Below, piece after piece: positions 29,432 through 38,465 of a DNA stretch of 64,000 nt. Position 1 is the stretch's first letter, and every line of letters starts with the position of its first letter. The stretch spans positions 6,834-70,833 of the forward strand of contig JBKJTY010000032.1 in NCBI GenBank assembly GCA_046590235.1, written 5' to 3'. The DNA comes from Candidatus Magasanikiibacteriota bacterium. Lineage in GTDB: Bacteria > Patescibacteriota > Patescibacteriia > Magasanikbacterales > GWA2-37-8. The notes under the pieces were generated by a model that did no database searches, had not been told where the DNA came from, and saw only the letters and a list, made by a program, of their open reading frames with translations. A program made the translations under genes and the position numbers.

Positions 29432-29908
29432 ATGCAAACAATTCATATTATCGTCGTCGGAAAATTAAAAGAATCATATTGGAAAGAAGCTGAAGCTGAA
29501 TACCTCAAACGCTTACAGCCTTTTTGTAATGTTATCCTTCACGAACTCCGCGAAGAATCATTTAACGAAAAAGATCCTGTTGACCTCGTCAAAGAAAAAG
29601 AAGCTGAAAAAATTTTTGAAAAATTAGACGCCCTCAAACCAGCACTTGTGATCGCACTTGAAGAAAAGGGTAAATTATTCTCTTCTCCTGATTTTGCAAA
29701 AACATTTAAGAGTTGGCACGACGAAAACCACTCAATCGCGTTAATAATCGGCGGTCCACTCGGCATCCACCAAACTATTCGTGATCGAGCGCAAAAAACC
29801 CTCTCACTTTCTCCTCTTACTTTTACCCACCAAATGACCCGTGTTATCTTGCTGGAACAATTGTATCGTGCTATGATGATCAGCGGCAATCGACGTTACC
29901 ACTATTGA
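29432..29908 (+). CDS. rlmH: 23S rRNA (pseudouridine1915-N3)-methyltransferase
   Basis: VGKLKE, IGGPLG, LSLSPLTFTHQMTRVILLEQLYRA...YH. Confidence 0.95.
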   Translation: MQTIHIIVVGKLKESYWKEAEAEYLKRLQPFCNVILHELREESFNEKDPVDLVKEKEAEKIFEKLDALKPALVIALEEKGKLFSSPDFAKTFKSWHDENHSIALIIGGPLGIHQTIRDRAQKTLSLSPLTFTHQMTRVILLEQLYRAMMISGNRRYHY

Positions 29909-30011
29909 CAAAAAGTAATAAAAGGTGTATACATGAACGTTTTGGCTTGAAGCTTTAGGGCTTTAGACCGGAACCGTTCACAACCACTTACCTGACCCTT
30001 GGAGGGCCGTC

Positions 30012-30488
30012 ATGCCGAAAAATTTTCGTTTGGTTACGACCGGCACTTTCATCTCTGGAGGAGTACTTCCGCGAGAAAAGATCAAGCTCGAAAAACTTCG
30101 CAAGTTCATTCTCCATGTGACGACATGGCTCTATGGCGGAGGCGCTCGTCACTACGAAATCGTCAAAGTGCTTTGCGGAGGAGTAGTGCGGGGCAGCACA
30201 TGTATTCTGCTCGGCAACATCAGGGCACCTTCGAACGTCATGGACCAGATGAGTTGTGATACTCTCTTGAAGATGCTCGATATGCTGCCCCACGACAAGG
30301 CCGTTGTGGTCGCAGACAGCGAGGTGTTCGAAGCGCTCGGCTACAAGCTTCAGCAGCTTTCGATCTACGAGATGACTCAACTCGCCGACGGCAAGTACGA
30401 TTTCACACCACTCGCCCTGAACGGTGAAGAGGTCAAGAAACCCAAACCCACTAGCAAAAGGAGGCAGAAGAAGCAGCGAGTGGCGTAA
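30012..30488 (+). CDS. Orphan hypothetical protein with basic C-terminal tail (cassette-type)
   Basis: GGAGG SD; promoter TTGACA-17-TATACA at 29905-29933; hairpin at 30503-30533. Confidence 0.65.
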   Translation: MPKNFRLVTTGTFISGGVLPREKIKLEKLRKFILHVTTWLYGGGARHYEIVKVLCGGVVRGSTCILLGNIRAPSNVMDQMSCDTLLKMLDMLPHDKAVVVADSEVFEALGYKLQQLSIYEMTQLADGKYDFTPLALNGEEVKKPKPTSKRRQKKQRVA

Positions 30489-30602
30489 TACCGGGTACAA
30501 TCGCCCCGGCTGTGCATTATGCGCAGCCGGGGCTTCTACTTTATATAAGCATTTACAAAGGGAACGTGTTCCAGTACACTATCCACGAATCTATTTTTTC
30601 TT

Positions 30603-31586
30603 ATGCAACCAGCTGTTATCGTTTCAGGTATCCAACCAACCGGCAATCTCCATATTGGCAACTATTTAGGTGCTGTCCAAAATTGGGTTAGCCTTCAAAA
30701 AAGCAGTAAATATAAATTATTTATTTTTATTGCCGACCTCCACTCTTTGACTGGCGACATGACTGCTGAACAACGCCGCAAACAAGTCATGACTACCGCT
30801 GCCGAACTTATTGCTGCAGGTATCAACCCAGAACAAGCAACTTTTTTTGTACAATCACACGTTCCAGAACACACTGAATTGGCTTGGGTTTTTAATACTC
30901 TGACTCCAGTTACAGAACTCTACCGCATGACTCAATTCAAAGATAAGTCTGAACGCCAGGAAAAAAATATTAATACTGGCCTTCTTACCTATCCAGTTTT
31001 GCAATCTGCTGATATTCTTTTATACCGCGCTACGCAAGTACCAATTGGACAAGATCAGGTACAGCATCTTGAACTCACACGCGATGCCGCTCGCTGGTTT
31101 AATAACAAGTACGGCGAATACTTTAAAGAAGTAAAACCACTACTCACCGAAGTACCAAAAGTGATGAGCTTACTTGAGCCGACCAAAAAAATGAGCAAGA
31201 GTCTTGGACAAGGTCATGTTATCGAACTTGCCGATGAACCAAGTGTCATTTTGAGTAAGATTAAAAAAGCCGTAACCGCTTCTGAAGGCGGCGAAGGTGC
31301 GCCTGGTGTTCAAAATCTCATCATGCTTCTTAAACAATTCGCCGGCAAAGAACAGCAAGCAAAATATATCGCTGCTGAAAAAGATGGTAGCATCCGCTAT
31401 GGTGAATTGAAAGAAACATTAGCAACTGCAATTAGTGCACACTTTGCTGATTTCCGTGCCAAACGCGCAGAACTTTTGGCTGACACTACTAAGCTTGAAA
31501 GTATTTTGGCCGAAGGTGCAGCGACAGCAAAAGAAACAGCTTCACAAACATTAGCTGAAGTCTATAAACTTGTTGGTTTGCGCTAA
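30603..31586 (+). CDS. trpS: Tryptophanyl-tRNA synthetase
   Basis: SGIQPTGNLHIGNYLG, YPVLQSADIL, GQDQVQH, KMSKS. Confidence 0.98.
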   Translation: MQPAVIVSGIQPTGNLHIGNYLGAVQNWVSLQKSSKYKLFIFIADLHSLTGDMTAEQRRKQVMTTAAELIAAGINPEQATFFVQSHVPEHTELAWVFNTLTPVTELYRMTQFKDKSERQEKNINTGLLTYPVLQSADILLYRATQVPIGQDQVQHLELTRDAARWFNNKYGEYFKEVKPLLTEVPKVMSLLEPTKKMSKSLGQGHVIELADEPSVILSKIKKAVTASEGGEGAPGVQNLIMLLKQFAGKEQQAKYIAAEKDGSIRYGELKETLATAISAHFADFRAKRAELLADTTKLESILAEGAATAKETASQTLAEVYKLVGLR

Positions 31587-31669
31587 TACTTTGGTTACTT
31601 GCCGTAAAGTCATCCGTTATATACAATATACTCATTCTCCTGCTACGGGAGTTATAACTTATATCATGT

Positions 31670-32044
31670 ATGGAACAAGACGCTTCAAAATCTACCATCG
31701 CGACAGTTATTAAATACTTATATTATTACATCGTATCAATCGTGGCGTTGTTCATGATCGTCTTCTCAGTTGTTGATATGGTGAATCTCGGTCTTAGGAC
31801 TTTCATCTTCCCTAAAGCTGATCATAATTTTTACGGTTATTACGGCACTTGCCCTGTCGCTGTTGACGCTAGCTCAACCAAACCAGATCCAAACTGCCTC
31901 TCCAGAGAACAACAAGAAAAGATTGATCGCGATAACTCTGTTTCACAAAAGCAAAAAGATTTAGTTCGTGATATTTCATTTATTCTCGTTGCTGTACCGT
32001 TGTTCGCCTACCATTGGCGTATCATCCGTAGACGCGACATGTAA
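31670..32044 (+). CDS. Two-TM membrane protein
   Basis: YLYYYIVSIVAL...VPLFAYHW; two hydrophobic segments around a Cys-pair loop. Confidence 0.75.
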   Translation: MEQDASKSTIATVIKYLYYYIVSIVALFMIVFSVVDMVNLGLRTFIFPKADHNFYGYYGTCPVAVDASSTKPDPNCLSREQQEKIDRDNSVSQKQKDLVRDISFILVAVPLFAYHWRIIRRRDM

Positions 32045-32047
32045 ATT

Positions 32048-32322
32048 ATGAAAAAAGAATCTCCACAGTTATCTTTTGGCGCAGAAGCAAAGCCGCTCAA
32101 TAAAAAAGAAGTTCGAGATAAATTAAAAAACGAGTATCGTCGTGAAAAAATACTTTTGGACAAGATCTTCCTGTCCGAGGTGAAAAACGACTCCCTGAAA
32201 CAAAAGGTATACCTGCTCAGCTCCGCGAAGGACAAGGACTTGTTATCGACACCCCAAATGACGGGCTCGACGACGAGCCGTCCCTGCCAGCAGGCGCCGA
32301 ATGGAAACATAAACGACAATAA
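32048..32322 (+). pseudogene. Small hypothetical protein apparently split by a -1 frameshift at the A6 run (32145-32150)
   Basis: The -1 frame continues NTFGQDLPVRGEKRLPETKG...EWKHKRQ* and stops just before the terminator, while frame 0 runs through the terminator. Confidence 0.5.
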
Positions 32323-32330
32323 AAAATATC

Positions 32331-32360
32331 AAAACCCGACTCCTGTAGGCGGGTTTTTTT
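32331..32360 (+). terminator. Intrinsic terminator
   Basis: AAAACCCG...CGGGTTTTTTT. Confidence 0.7.
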
Positions 32361-32478
32361 GTTGGTAATACACAACCTACTTAAACGTCGCATATAGCAT
32401 CGCTTTTACCATTTTGGCTGACCCTAGACAAAACATTTTGGCTATGCCCACAATATAGTATGGGTCGAGTTATTAGCC

Positions 32479-32506
32479 TGTAAGAACATCATCTACTAAC
32501 CGTCTA
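32479..32506 (+). promoter_or_regulatory. Putative ECF-type autoregulatory promoter
   Basis: TGTAAG-N16-CGTCTA ending 5 bp before the sigma ATG. Confidence 0.55.
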
Positions 32507-32511
32507 CTACT

Positions 32512-33030
32512 ATGCAACAACCTGCTGACGCCATTCGCCAAGCCTTTTTGGAGGCTTACGACAAGCATAGCGATGCTATTTTTAAACACTGCTATTTTCG
32601 GTTATTTAACCGTGAACGAGCTAAAGAGATTATGCAGGATACCTTTATGCGTGCCTGGGAGCAGATGAAGAAAGGCACGGAAATCCTGAATGTTAAGGCT
32701 TTTTTGTACCGAATTGCTACCAATCTGATTATTGACGATACGCGCAAGAAGAAAATGGGCTCACTAGATCAGTTGCAAGAACAGGGATTTAACCCATCAG
32801 TTGCCGACGACCGCGAAAATATTATGAACCGCATGGAAGGCCAGCGGCTAAAGGAAATTATTCAACACATTGATGAGAAATACAGCTCTGTTATTCTACT
32901 CCGCTATGTCAACGATCTCAGTATTAAAGAGATTGCGGAACAGCTCGGGGTGACGGAAAACGTAGTTTCTGTGCGTATTCATCGTGGACTTAAAGAAGTT
33001 AAAAAATTAGTATCATATGCGAACGACTAG
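32512..33030 (+). CDS. ECF (sigma-24) RNA polymerase sigma factor
   Basis: QDTFMRAW, FLYRIATNLIID, EIAEQLGVTENVVSVRIHRG. Confidence 0.93.
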   Translation: MQQPADAIRQAFLEAYDKHSDAIFKHCYFRLFNRERAKEIMQDTFMRAWEQMKKGTEILNVKAFLYRIATNLIIDDTRKKKMGSLDQLQEQGFNPSVADDRENIMNRMEGQRLKEIIQHIDEKYSSVILLRYVNDLSIKEIAEQLGVTENVVSVRIHRGLKEVKKLVSYAND

Positions 33031-33202
33031 ACCAGACTTCCTGAATGACCTTCAGCGAGTCAAAGAGCAAGCCACCTTGTCTGTCCTTGAGAAAGAACAG
33101 ATCAAACAGGCGCTTATCTCTACAATGCAGGCACCGCCGGAAGAATCAATTCCGTTCACCATCGCAACGGACAAACCTTCTCCAGCTGGAACTGCTTCAT
33201 AA
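33017..33202 (+). CDS. Small protein overlapping the ECF sigma stop; possible minimal anti-sigma
   Basis: ATG overlaps sigma 3' end; terminator at 33207-33231 follows directly. Confidence 0.55.
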   Translation: MRTTRPDFLNDLQRVKEQATLSVLEKEQIKQALISTMQAPPEESIPFTIATDKPSPAGTAS

Positions 33203-33251
33203 CATGAAACCCGCCATTGTGCGGGTTTTTTGTTTATCCTTAGCCTATCTA

Positions 33252-33280
33252 TTGACATTTATGCTGTTTTTAGCTACACT
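33252..33280 (+). promoter_or_regulatory. sigma70 promoter of rplA
   Basis: TTGACA-17-TACACT. Confidence 0.75.
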
Positions 33281-33297
33281 GAGGCTACTTAAATAAC

Positions 33298-33332
33298 GGT
33301 GGGACCTTGAAACATTCAGGGGTTATTACCAC
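33298..33332 (+). promoter_or_regulatory. L1-binding leader (autogenous control of rplA)
   Basis: GTGGGA-stem(CCTTGAA/TTCAGGG)-ACCAC layout of L1 leaders. Confidence 0.6.
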
Positions 33333-33349
33333 TAACATACCATACCAGT

Positions 33350-34033
33350 ATGTCCAAACGAATGGTTGCCCTCAAGGCAAAAGTAGACAAAAATAAAGTC
33401 TACGCAATTGACGAAGCTGTTAAGCTCGCCAAGGAAACTAGTGGCGTTAAATTTGACGCTTCTATCGAAATCCACGCTAACTTGGGTATTGATCCTAAGA
33501 AAGGTGAACAGCAAATCCGCGCTACTGTTTCAATGCCTAACGGCACTGGCAAGAGCAAAGTTATCGCTGCTTTCGTTGCTCCTGAAAAAGAAAAAGAAGC
33601 AAAAGATGCAGGTGCTGACTTCGTTTATGGCGAAGAAGAAATCAAGAAAATCAAAGACACTGGCAAATTCAACTTTGAAATTGCAGTGACTACTCCAGAC
33701 ATGATGCCTAAAATGGCCGGCGTTGCGAAAGTGCTCGGTCCAAAAGGTCTCATGCCTAACCCAAAGACTGAAACTGTTTCTCCAAACCTCACTAAGATGA
33801 TTACTGAGTTGAAGAAAGGTAAAATCACTTTCAAAAACGATGATACATCTAACGTGCACGTTTCTGTTGGTAAAGTAAGTTTCACAGAAGCACAGCTCAA
33901 AGAAAATGTAGTAACATTTGTTGAAGCGTTGAAGAAAGCAAAACCAGGCACTTCAAAGGGTACTTTCATCAAATCATTGACCCTCAAAACAGCTATGGGT
34001 CCTGCAATCCGCCTCTCTTCCGAAACTGTCTAA
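33350..34033 (+). CDS. rplA: 50S ribosomal protein L1
   Basis: KFDASIEI, LGIDP, LGPKGLMPNPK, TAMGP. Confidence 0.98.
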   Translation: MSKRMVALKAKVDKNKVYAIDEAVKLAKETSGVKFDASIEIHANLGIDPKKGEQQIRATVSMPNGTGKSKVIAAFVAPEKEKEAKDAGADFVYGEEEIKKIKDTGKFNFEIAVTTPDMMPKMAGVAKVLGPKGLMPNPKTETVSPNLTKMITELKKGKITFKNDDTSNVHVSVGKVSFTEAQLKENVVTFVEALKKAKPGTSKGTFIKSLTLKTAMGPAIRLSSETV

Positions 34034-34046
34034 TCTCAGAAGATTT

Positions 34047-34075
34047 AAAAAAACTCCGAGTAATCGGAGTTTTTT
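34047..34075. terminator. Intrinsic terminator after rplA
   Basis: AAAAAACTCCGA-GTAA-TCGGAGTTTTTT. Confidence 0.8.
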
Positions 34076-34180
34076 ATTTGTTATTTTTCTGACCGCTCTC
34101 GCTTAATCTACAGAAAAATAGACTAAGCGAGAGTCGAGCGGCCAGAAATGCACCGCGCAACGCTCGTTACCAAGTAAAGT

Positions 34181-34549
34181 TTATACCATGCGCACACCAC
34201 CACCCTCATTTTCCCTGAGCTGACGGAGGCGTGCTTCCTCCGCCTTTCGCTCCTCCTTTCTACGGCGTTCACGATACTGCCTATATTTCATCCGAATGAG
34301 TTCCGCCGGAACAATAATCGGCCACAGGGCAGCATACATAACGCAAAAGCAGATGAAAAGCCCTAACACCACAAAAACATCCAACGGATCAGCAAAAAAT
34401 TCCTCGCAGAAATCATAGATCTTATCACCTGCCGGCTTAACGATGTCCGGAGTGAACCACATCTCCTTGCTTTGCCCAGCATAAACGATCCAGCTTACGC
34501 CTGGCGACAAGTAGCCGATGACAGCAAAGATATAAATTAACGTTAGCAT
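34181..34549 (-). CDS. Orphan two-TM membrane protein with charged tail (cassette-type)
   Basis: Start MLTLIYIF after AGGAAGGA; hairpin at 34086-34148 downstream. Confidence 0.55.
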   Translation of the reverse strand: MLTLIYIFAVIGYLSPGVSWIVYAGQSKEMWFTPDIVKPAGDKIYDFCEEFFADPLDVFVVLGLFICFCVMYAALWPIIVPAELIRMKYRQYRERRRKEERKAEEARLRQLRENEGGGVRMV

Positions 34550-34697
34550 GCGACATGTCCTTCCTGAGGTTTCCCCCAGGCGATAAAAGCCGGGATCATT
34601 CCCAGACCGCAATAATTTAGCATTAACCATTGCTTTTGTCCACCGTTTGACACCCCCTTCTCTTCTGCTATACTAGCCACAATTAATCTTTCCTTCT

Positions 34698-35183
34698 ATG
34701 CAGCAAGCTCGAACGAATGCGATATCTTGGGATGAATGTTTTATGCGTATGGCACACGTCATCGCTGAACGCTCTAAAGATCCAACTACACAAGTTGGTG
34801 CGGTTATCGCTGACCAAAATAACATCGTTGTCGCCTTAGGGTACAATGGTTTCCCTCGTGGCATAGCCGACGGAACACTTCCTTGGGAACGAGAAGGTAA
34901 TTTCCTGGATACTAAATACGCTTATATCTGCCATGCTGAAGAAAATGCTATTTATAACTCCAATAATAAAACATACGACTGTAAAATCTACAGCACCCTC
35001 TTCCCTTGTAATGAATGCGCAAAGACACTAATCCAGAATGGTATTACAGAGGTTATTTACGAAAATGATAAATACCGCGATACCGATTCGTGTATCGCTT
35101 CTCGACGCTTGTTTGCTGCTGCCGGAATTAACGTCCGTCAATATGTGAGTGATTGGACAAAAGAATCTGTTACTGTTAAATAA
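34698..35183 (+). CDS. dCMP deaminase
   Basis: RSKDPTTQVGA, GYNGFPRG, HAEENA, PCNECAK. Confidence 0.93.
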   Translation: MQQARTNAISWDECFMRMAHVIAERSKDPTTQVGAVIADQNNIVVALGYNGFPRGIADGTLPWEREGNFLDTKYAYICHAEENAIYNSNNKTYDCKIYSTLFPCNECAKTLIQNGITEVIYENDKYRDTDSCIASRRLFAAAGINVRQYVSDWTKESVTVK

Positions 35184-35185
35184 CT

Positions 35186-35740
35186 ATGCAAAAAATTATT
35201 TTTGGATTTACTGGGTTGTTGGCTAGCGGTAAAGGAACTGTCGCAAAATACTTTGAAGAAAAGTACCAGGCTAAGAGTTTTCGGTATTCTACTATTCTTC
35301 GTGATTTAAGTAATCGTATTTATCTCGAAGAATCGCGCGATAACCTTATTAAGATGTCTGAAACGATTCGAACCACTTTTGGTGAAGATATTTTGGCCAA
35401 AGCAATCGCTGGTGATGCTGCAAAATCTAATAACGAATTAATTATCGTAGAGGGCATTCGCCGCATGGCAGATATTGAACATCTTAGTCGCTTACCAAAT
35501 TTTGTTCTAGTAGAAATATGTGCCGATCCAAAAATTCGCTTTGAACGAATGGTGAAACGCAACGAAAATAAGGGTGACGCTGAAAAAACCTACGAACAAT
35601 TTTTAGCAGACCACCAACGTTCAACTGAATTAACTATTCCTGAAGTTATTTCCCACGCTACAGAACATATCGACAATAACGGAACTGTAAAACAGCTCTA
35701 TCAATCGCTTGAATTACTCCTCAACCGCCATAAAAACTAG
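35186..35740 (+). CDS. P-loop nucleotide kinase (dephospho-CoA/NMP kinase-like)
   Basis: GLLASGKGT, VEGIR, ADPKIRFERM. Confidence 0.75.
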   Translation: MQKIIFGFTGLLASGKGTVAKYFEEKYQAKSFRYSTILRDLSNRIYLEESRDNLIKMSETIRTTFGEDILAKAIAGDAAKSNNELIIVEGIRRMADIEHLSRLPNFVLVEICADPKIRFERMVKRNENKGDAEKTYEQFLADHQRSTELTIPEVISHATEHIDNNGTVKQLYQSLELLLNRHKN

Positions 35741-35797
35741 ACTCTGCTCGCAGAGTCTTTTTTATTATGGTATACTAGTACAATATAACTTGTTTTT

Positions 35798-35971
35798 ATG
35801 AAAAAAAATACTTACAAACAATTTTTAAAGGCTATCCAATCTGAAGCGGATGAACTCTATATGCACTACGTCAAAAAAATGAAGGTGCTCGATAAAAAAG
35901 CGCATGCCATGCTTGAAGAAGTTGAAAGTAAAAAAGTAGCTGCCTTACGCAATAAGATCAAAAAGATATAA
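35798..35971 (+). CDS. Small helical protein (57 aa, below the ORF-track cutoff)
   Basis: MKKNTYKQFLKAIQSEADELYMHYVKKMKVLDKKAHAMLEEVESKKVAALRNKIKKI*; TGGTATACT extended -10 upstream. Confidence 0.6.
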   Translation: MKKNTYKQFLKAIQSEADELYMHYVKKMKVLDKKAHAMLEEVESKKVAALRNKIKKI

Positions 35972-35981
35972 ATAGCCCCGT

Positions 35982-37424
35982 ATGACTAAACAACGGCCAG
36001 AGATTTCACTAGACCACAGCGAAGTAATTCCGTTTGAATCACCTACAGAGTCACATACTGACTTAGCACACGAGGTGAATCATCATTTAAACGCCAATGA
36101 ATCGGCGGCTGTTGGCTTACACGAACGAGCACTTAGCGCCATCAATAAACTCTCAAAAATGAAAGAAAGTGGTGACTTTGAGAATGGTGACAAATTGAAA
36201 GAAATTGAAGAAGAAATTGATAGTTTACTTGCTGAATTCAAGGCAAAAAATGCTGAACTTAACCGCAAGGTTGAAGTTGCTGAAACTCGTTTTAACGATG
36301 AGCCAGATGAAGCGATTGCCAATGAAGCTATCTTAAAAGAAGAAGAAGAATCATACGATGAGCCAAAGGATGCCGATAACATTGAAGCTTTTAGCTCTAA
36401 AAAGGAACTTGAAAATAAATTGGTTGATGAGGCAATGAAAGACTACCGCACTAAACGCACAGCTTCTGGTCGCGTACGACTCGAAAAATCTCTCGTCGAA
36501 CGAACAGAGCGTAAAAAGGCTGGCAAATCTTTTGATATTAACGTTGGCAAATTTAACAAAGAAATAGCTGAACACCACAAAAAGAAGCTGGCTGCTAAAA
36601 AAGCTTCTGACGTACCATGGAAAACTGATGACACGCTTATAACAAAAGACGCGTCACATGACGGTATGAGCGTAAGTGAAGCTGCGGCCCTTTATGAAGA
36701 TACTGACAGCACCTGGTCAAAAGCTCTATCTTCAAAGGATGTACCATGGGATACTGAAGAAAATACGAAGCCTGAAGCGTCGGTTTCAAAGACGCGCAAT
36801 AAAGCCGAAAAAGCTGACGACGAAAATGGTTTCACTGCTTACGGAGATGATTTCCAACAGCTCCCAAGCGCAAAAGAGAGATTTAAGGGATCTGCCTCAG
36901 AGAAAGCGGTAACTCCTACTCCTACCAAAAAAGAACGCACTGCATCCGCTGAAGAAATTCGTAAAGCTGAGATAGCCCTTGAGAAGAAAGAACAAGCCGC
37001 ACGCAAGACAGAACAGTCTATTATCGAAAACCTGCGTGGTCAAGATGTAAATACGATTAATTTCAAAGATAAAAAAGTTAAGAACGCTTTGGTTGATATT
37101 TTGCTTGAATATGACCATGTGTACCACCAGAGCCTTTCCAAGGCTATGCAGGAAGAAGGTACGCTTAACCCAAGAAACCCAGAGGCAATTGAAGCCGCAA
37201 TGACCGATTCTATCGAAACATTGATGGGTCGAGGTGTAGACTACAAACTGGCAGATGCTGCGATTCAGCATTATGGTGTTGCTACCGATTATTTCCCAAA
37301 AAGTGAATCTGAATACTCGCACTATTCATCCGCAGTTGAGGAGCGTACGCCTAAACCTCCAAAAAAGGAGAAAAAACCTGGCATTATAGCTAGATTCTTC
37401 AATAAACTGCTTGGCAAAGAATAG
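35982..37424 (+). CDS. Highly charged coiled-coil/disordered protein with C-terminal amphipathic helix
   Basis: E/K-rich 480 aa; ends PGIIARFFNKLLGKE; terminator at 37430-37457. Confidence 0.8.
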   Translation: MTKQRPEISLDHSEVIPFESPTESHTDLAHEVNHHLNANESAAVGLHERALSAINKLSKMKESGDFENGDKLKEIEEEIDSLLAEFKAKNAELNRKVEVAETRFNDEPDEAIANEAILKEEEESYDEPKDADNIEAFSSKKELENKLVDEAMKDYRTKRTASGRVRLEKSLVERTERKKAGKSFDINVGKFNKEIAEHHKKKLAAKKASDVPWKTDDTLITKDASHDGMSVSEAAALYEDTDSTWSKALSSKDVPWDTEENTKPEASVSKTRNKAEKADDENGFTAYGDDFQQLPSAKERFKGSASEKAVTPTPTKKERTASAEEIRKAEIALEKKEQAARKTEQSIIENLRGQDVNTINFKDKKVKNALVDILLEYDHVYHQSLSKAMQEEGTLNPRNPEAIEAAMTDSIETLMGRGVDYKLADAAIQHYGVATDYFPKSESEYSHYSSAVEERTPKPPKKEKKPGIIARFFNKLLGKE

Positions 37425-37522
37425 TATTTAAAAACTCTCCCGCTCGGGAGAGTTTTTGCTTTTTAAAGCATTTGGCAAACAGACACTTTTTTGCTACCAT
37501 GGGTTGAACTTAACTACCCTCT

Positions 37523-37945
37523 ATGAACGTTACTATAAAACGTATTGATACCTCTCTCCCCCTTCCGGAATACCAGACTCCAGGCGCTGTGGCTTTTGAT
37601 CTTATTACCCGCGAAACAACGGTTGTCCCTGCCCGTGGCATTGGTCGTGTTCCAAGTAACGTTGTAGTGAAAATTCCAACCGGCTACATGCTTCTCCTCC
37701 GCGATCGTTCGAGTACTTCCAAAAAGAAGGGTCTTTTTTGCACTGCCGGTGTTATTGACCAGGACTATTGTGGTGAAAATGATGAATTACTGGTCCAATA
37801 CTTCAATTTTACCGACGCTGATGTTATAGTTGAACGTGGCGAGCGTTTAGCGCAGGCTATTTTTATTAAAATAGAAAAAGCTGAGTGGAATGAAGCGCTT
37901 ACTATGACCACCCCGAGTCGTGGCGGCTTTGGAACTACAGGCTAA
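37523..37945 (+). CDS. dut: dUTP diphosphatase
   Basis: AFDL, RSS, GVIDQDYCG, GERLAQ, RGGFGTTG. Confidence 0.95.
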   Translation: MNVTIKRIDTSLPLPEYQTPGAVAFDLITRETTVVPARGIGRVPSNVVVKIPTGYMLLLRDRSSTSKKKGLFCTAGVIDQDYCGENDELLVQYFNFTDADVIVERGERLAQAIFIKIEKAEWNEALTMTTPSRGGFGTTG

Positions 37946-37949
37946 CTCT

Positions 37950-38450
37950 ATGGAAAATCTTCAATACAACCCACTCGAAGCACGTAAATCCGTTGAAAAG
38001 ACGGATATTCCTGATTTACCATCAGAAATTATTATCACCGAAGATTCACTGAAGAAACATGACACGGTAGAAGGACCTGAAAGTCATAAAGATATCATGG
38101 TTGATTATAATAGCCTTTCAGATGCTTCAAAGGAGCTGAATAATAAGTTTATGTACTTGTTGTCAAAAGGACGACCGGGTGGAATGGGTGTACAAGAAGC
38201 TATCTTTAAGTTTGGTATAGAACATACAATTCCTAATGATTTAAAACAGTTTATTTCAAAGACGTACGGAGACACCGAATTTCCCGAAGTCCCGGGGGCA
38301 GCTCTCTTTGCTAAAAAGCTTGATGAAAGGACGATAGCACTAAGAACAAGACAAATTTTGGACTCTGAATTCCATACACCTGAAGTAGAGCCCCCGCCAC
38401 CGACCGCTTGGCAGAAATTTAAAAACAAACTACCGAAAATTTTTAAGTAG
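37950..38450 (+). CDS. Hypothetical protein with C-terminal amphipathic helix
   Basis: Start MENLQ; ends PPPPTAWQKFKNKLPKIFK. Confidence 0.7.
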   Translation: MENLQYNPLEARKSVEKTDIPDLPSEIIITEDSLKKHDTVEGPESHKDIMVDYNSLSDASKELNNKFMYLLSKGRPGGMGVQEAIFKFGIEHTIPNDLKQFISKTYGDTEFPEVPGAALFAKKLDERTIALRTRQILDSEFHTPEVEPPPPTAWQKFKNKLPKIFK

Positions 38451-38465
38451 ATATTATCCTAAGCT

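Noticed and set aside
29988-30500. 170-aa minus-strand ORF opposite the 30012 cassette
   Set aside because: Promoter, SD and 3' hairpin all support the plus-strand ORF.
32140-32150. UGA recoded as Gly (code 25) explaining the broken ORF
   Set aside because: The -1 frame has upstream TAA stops, long genes contain no in-frame TGA, and TGA ends rlmH normally.
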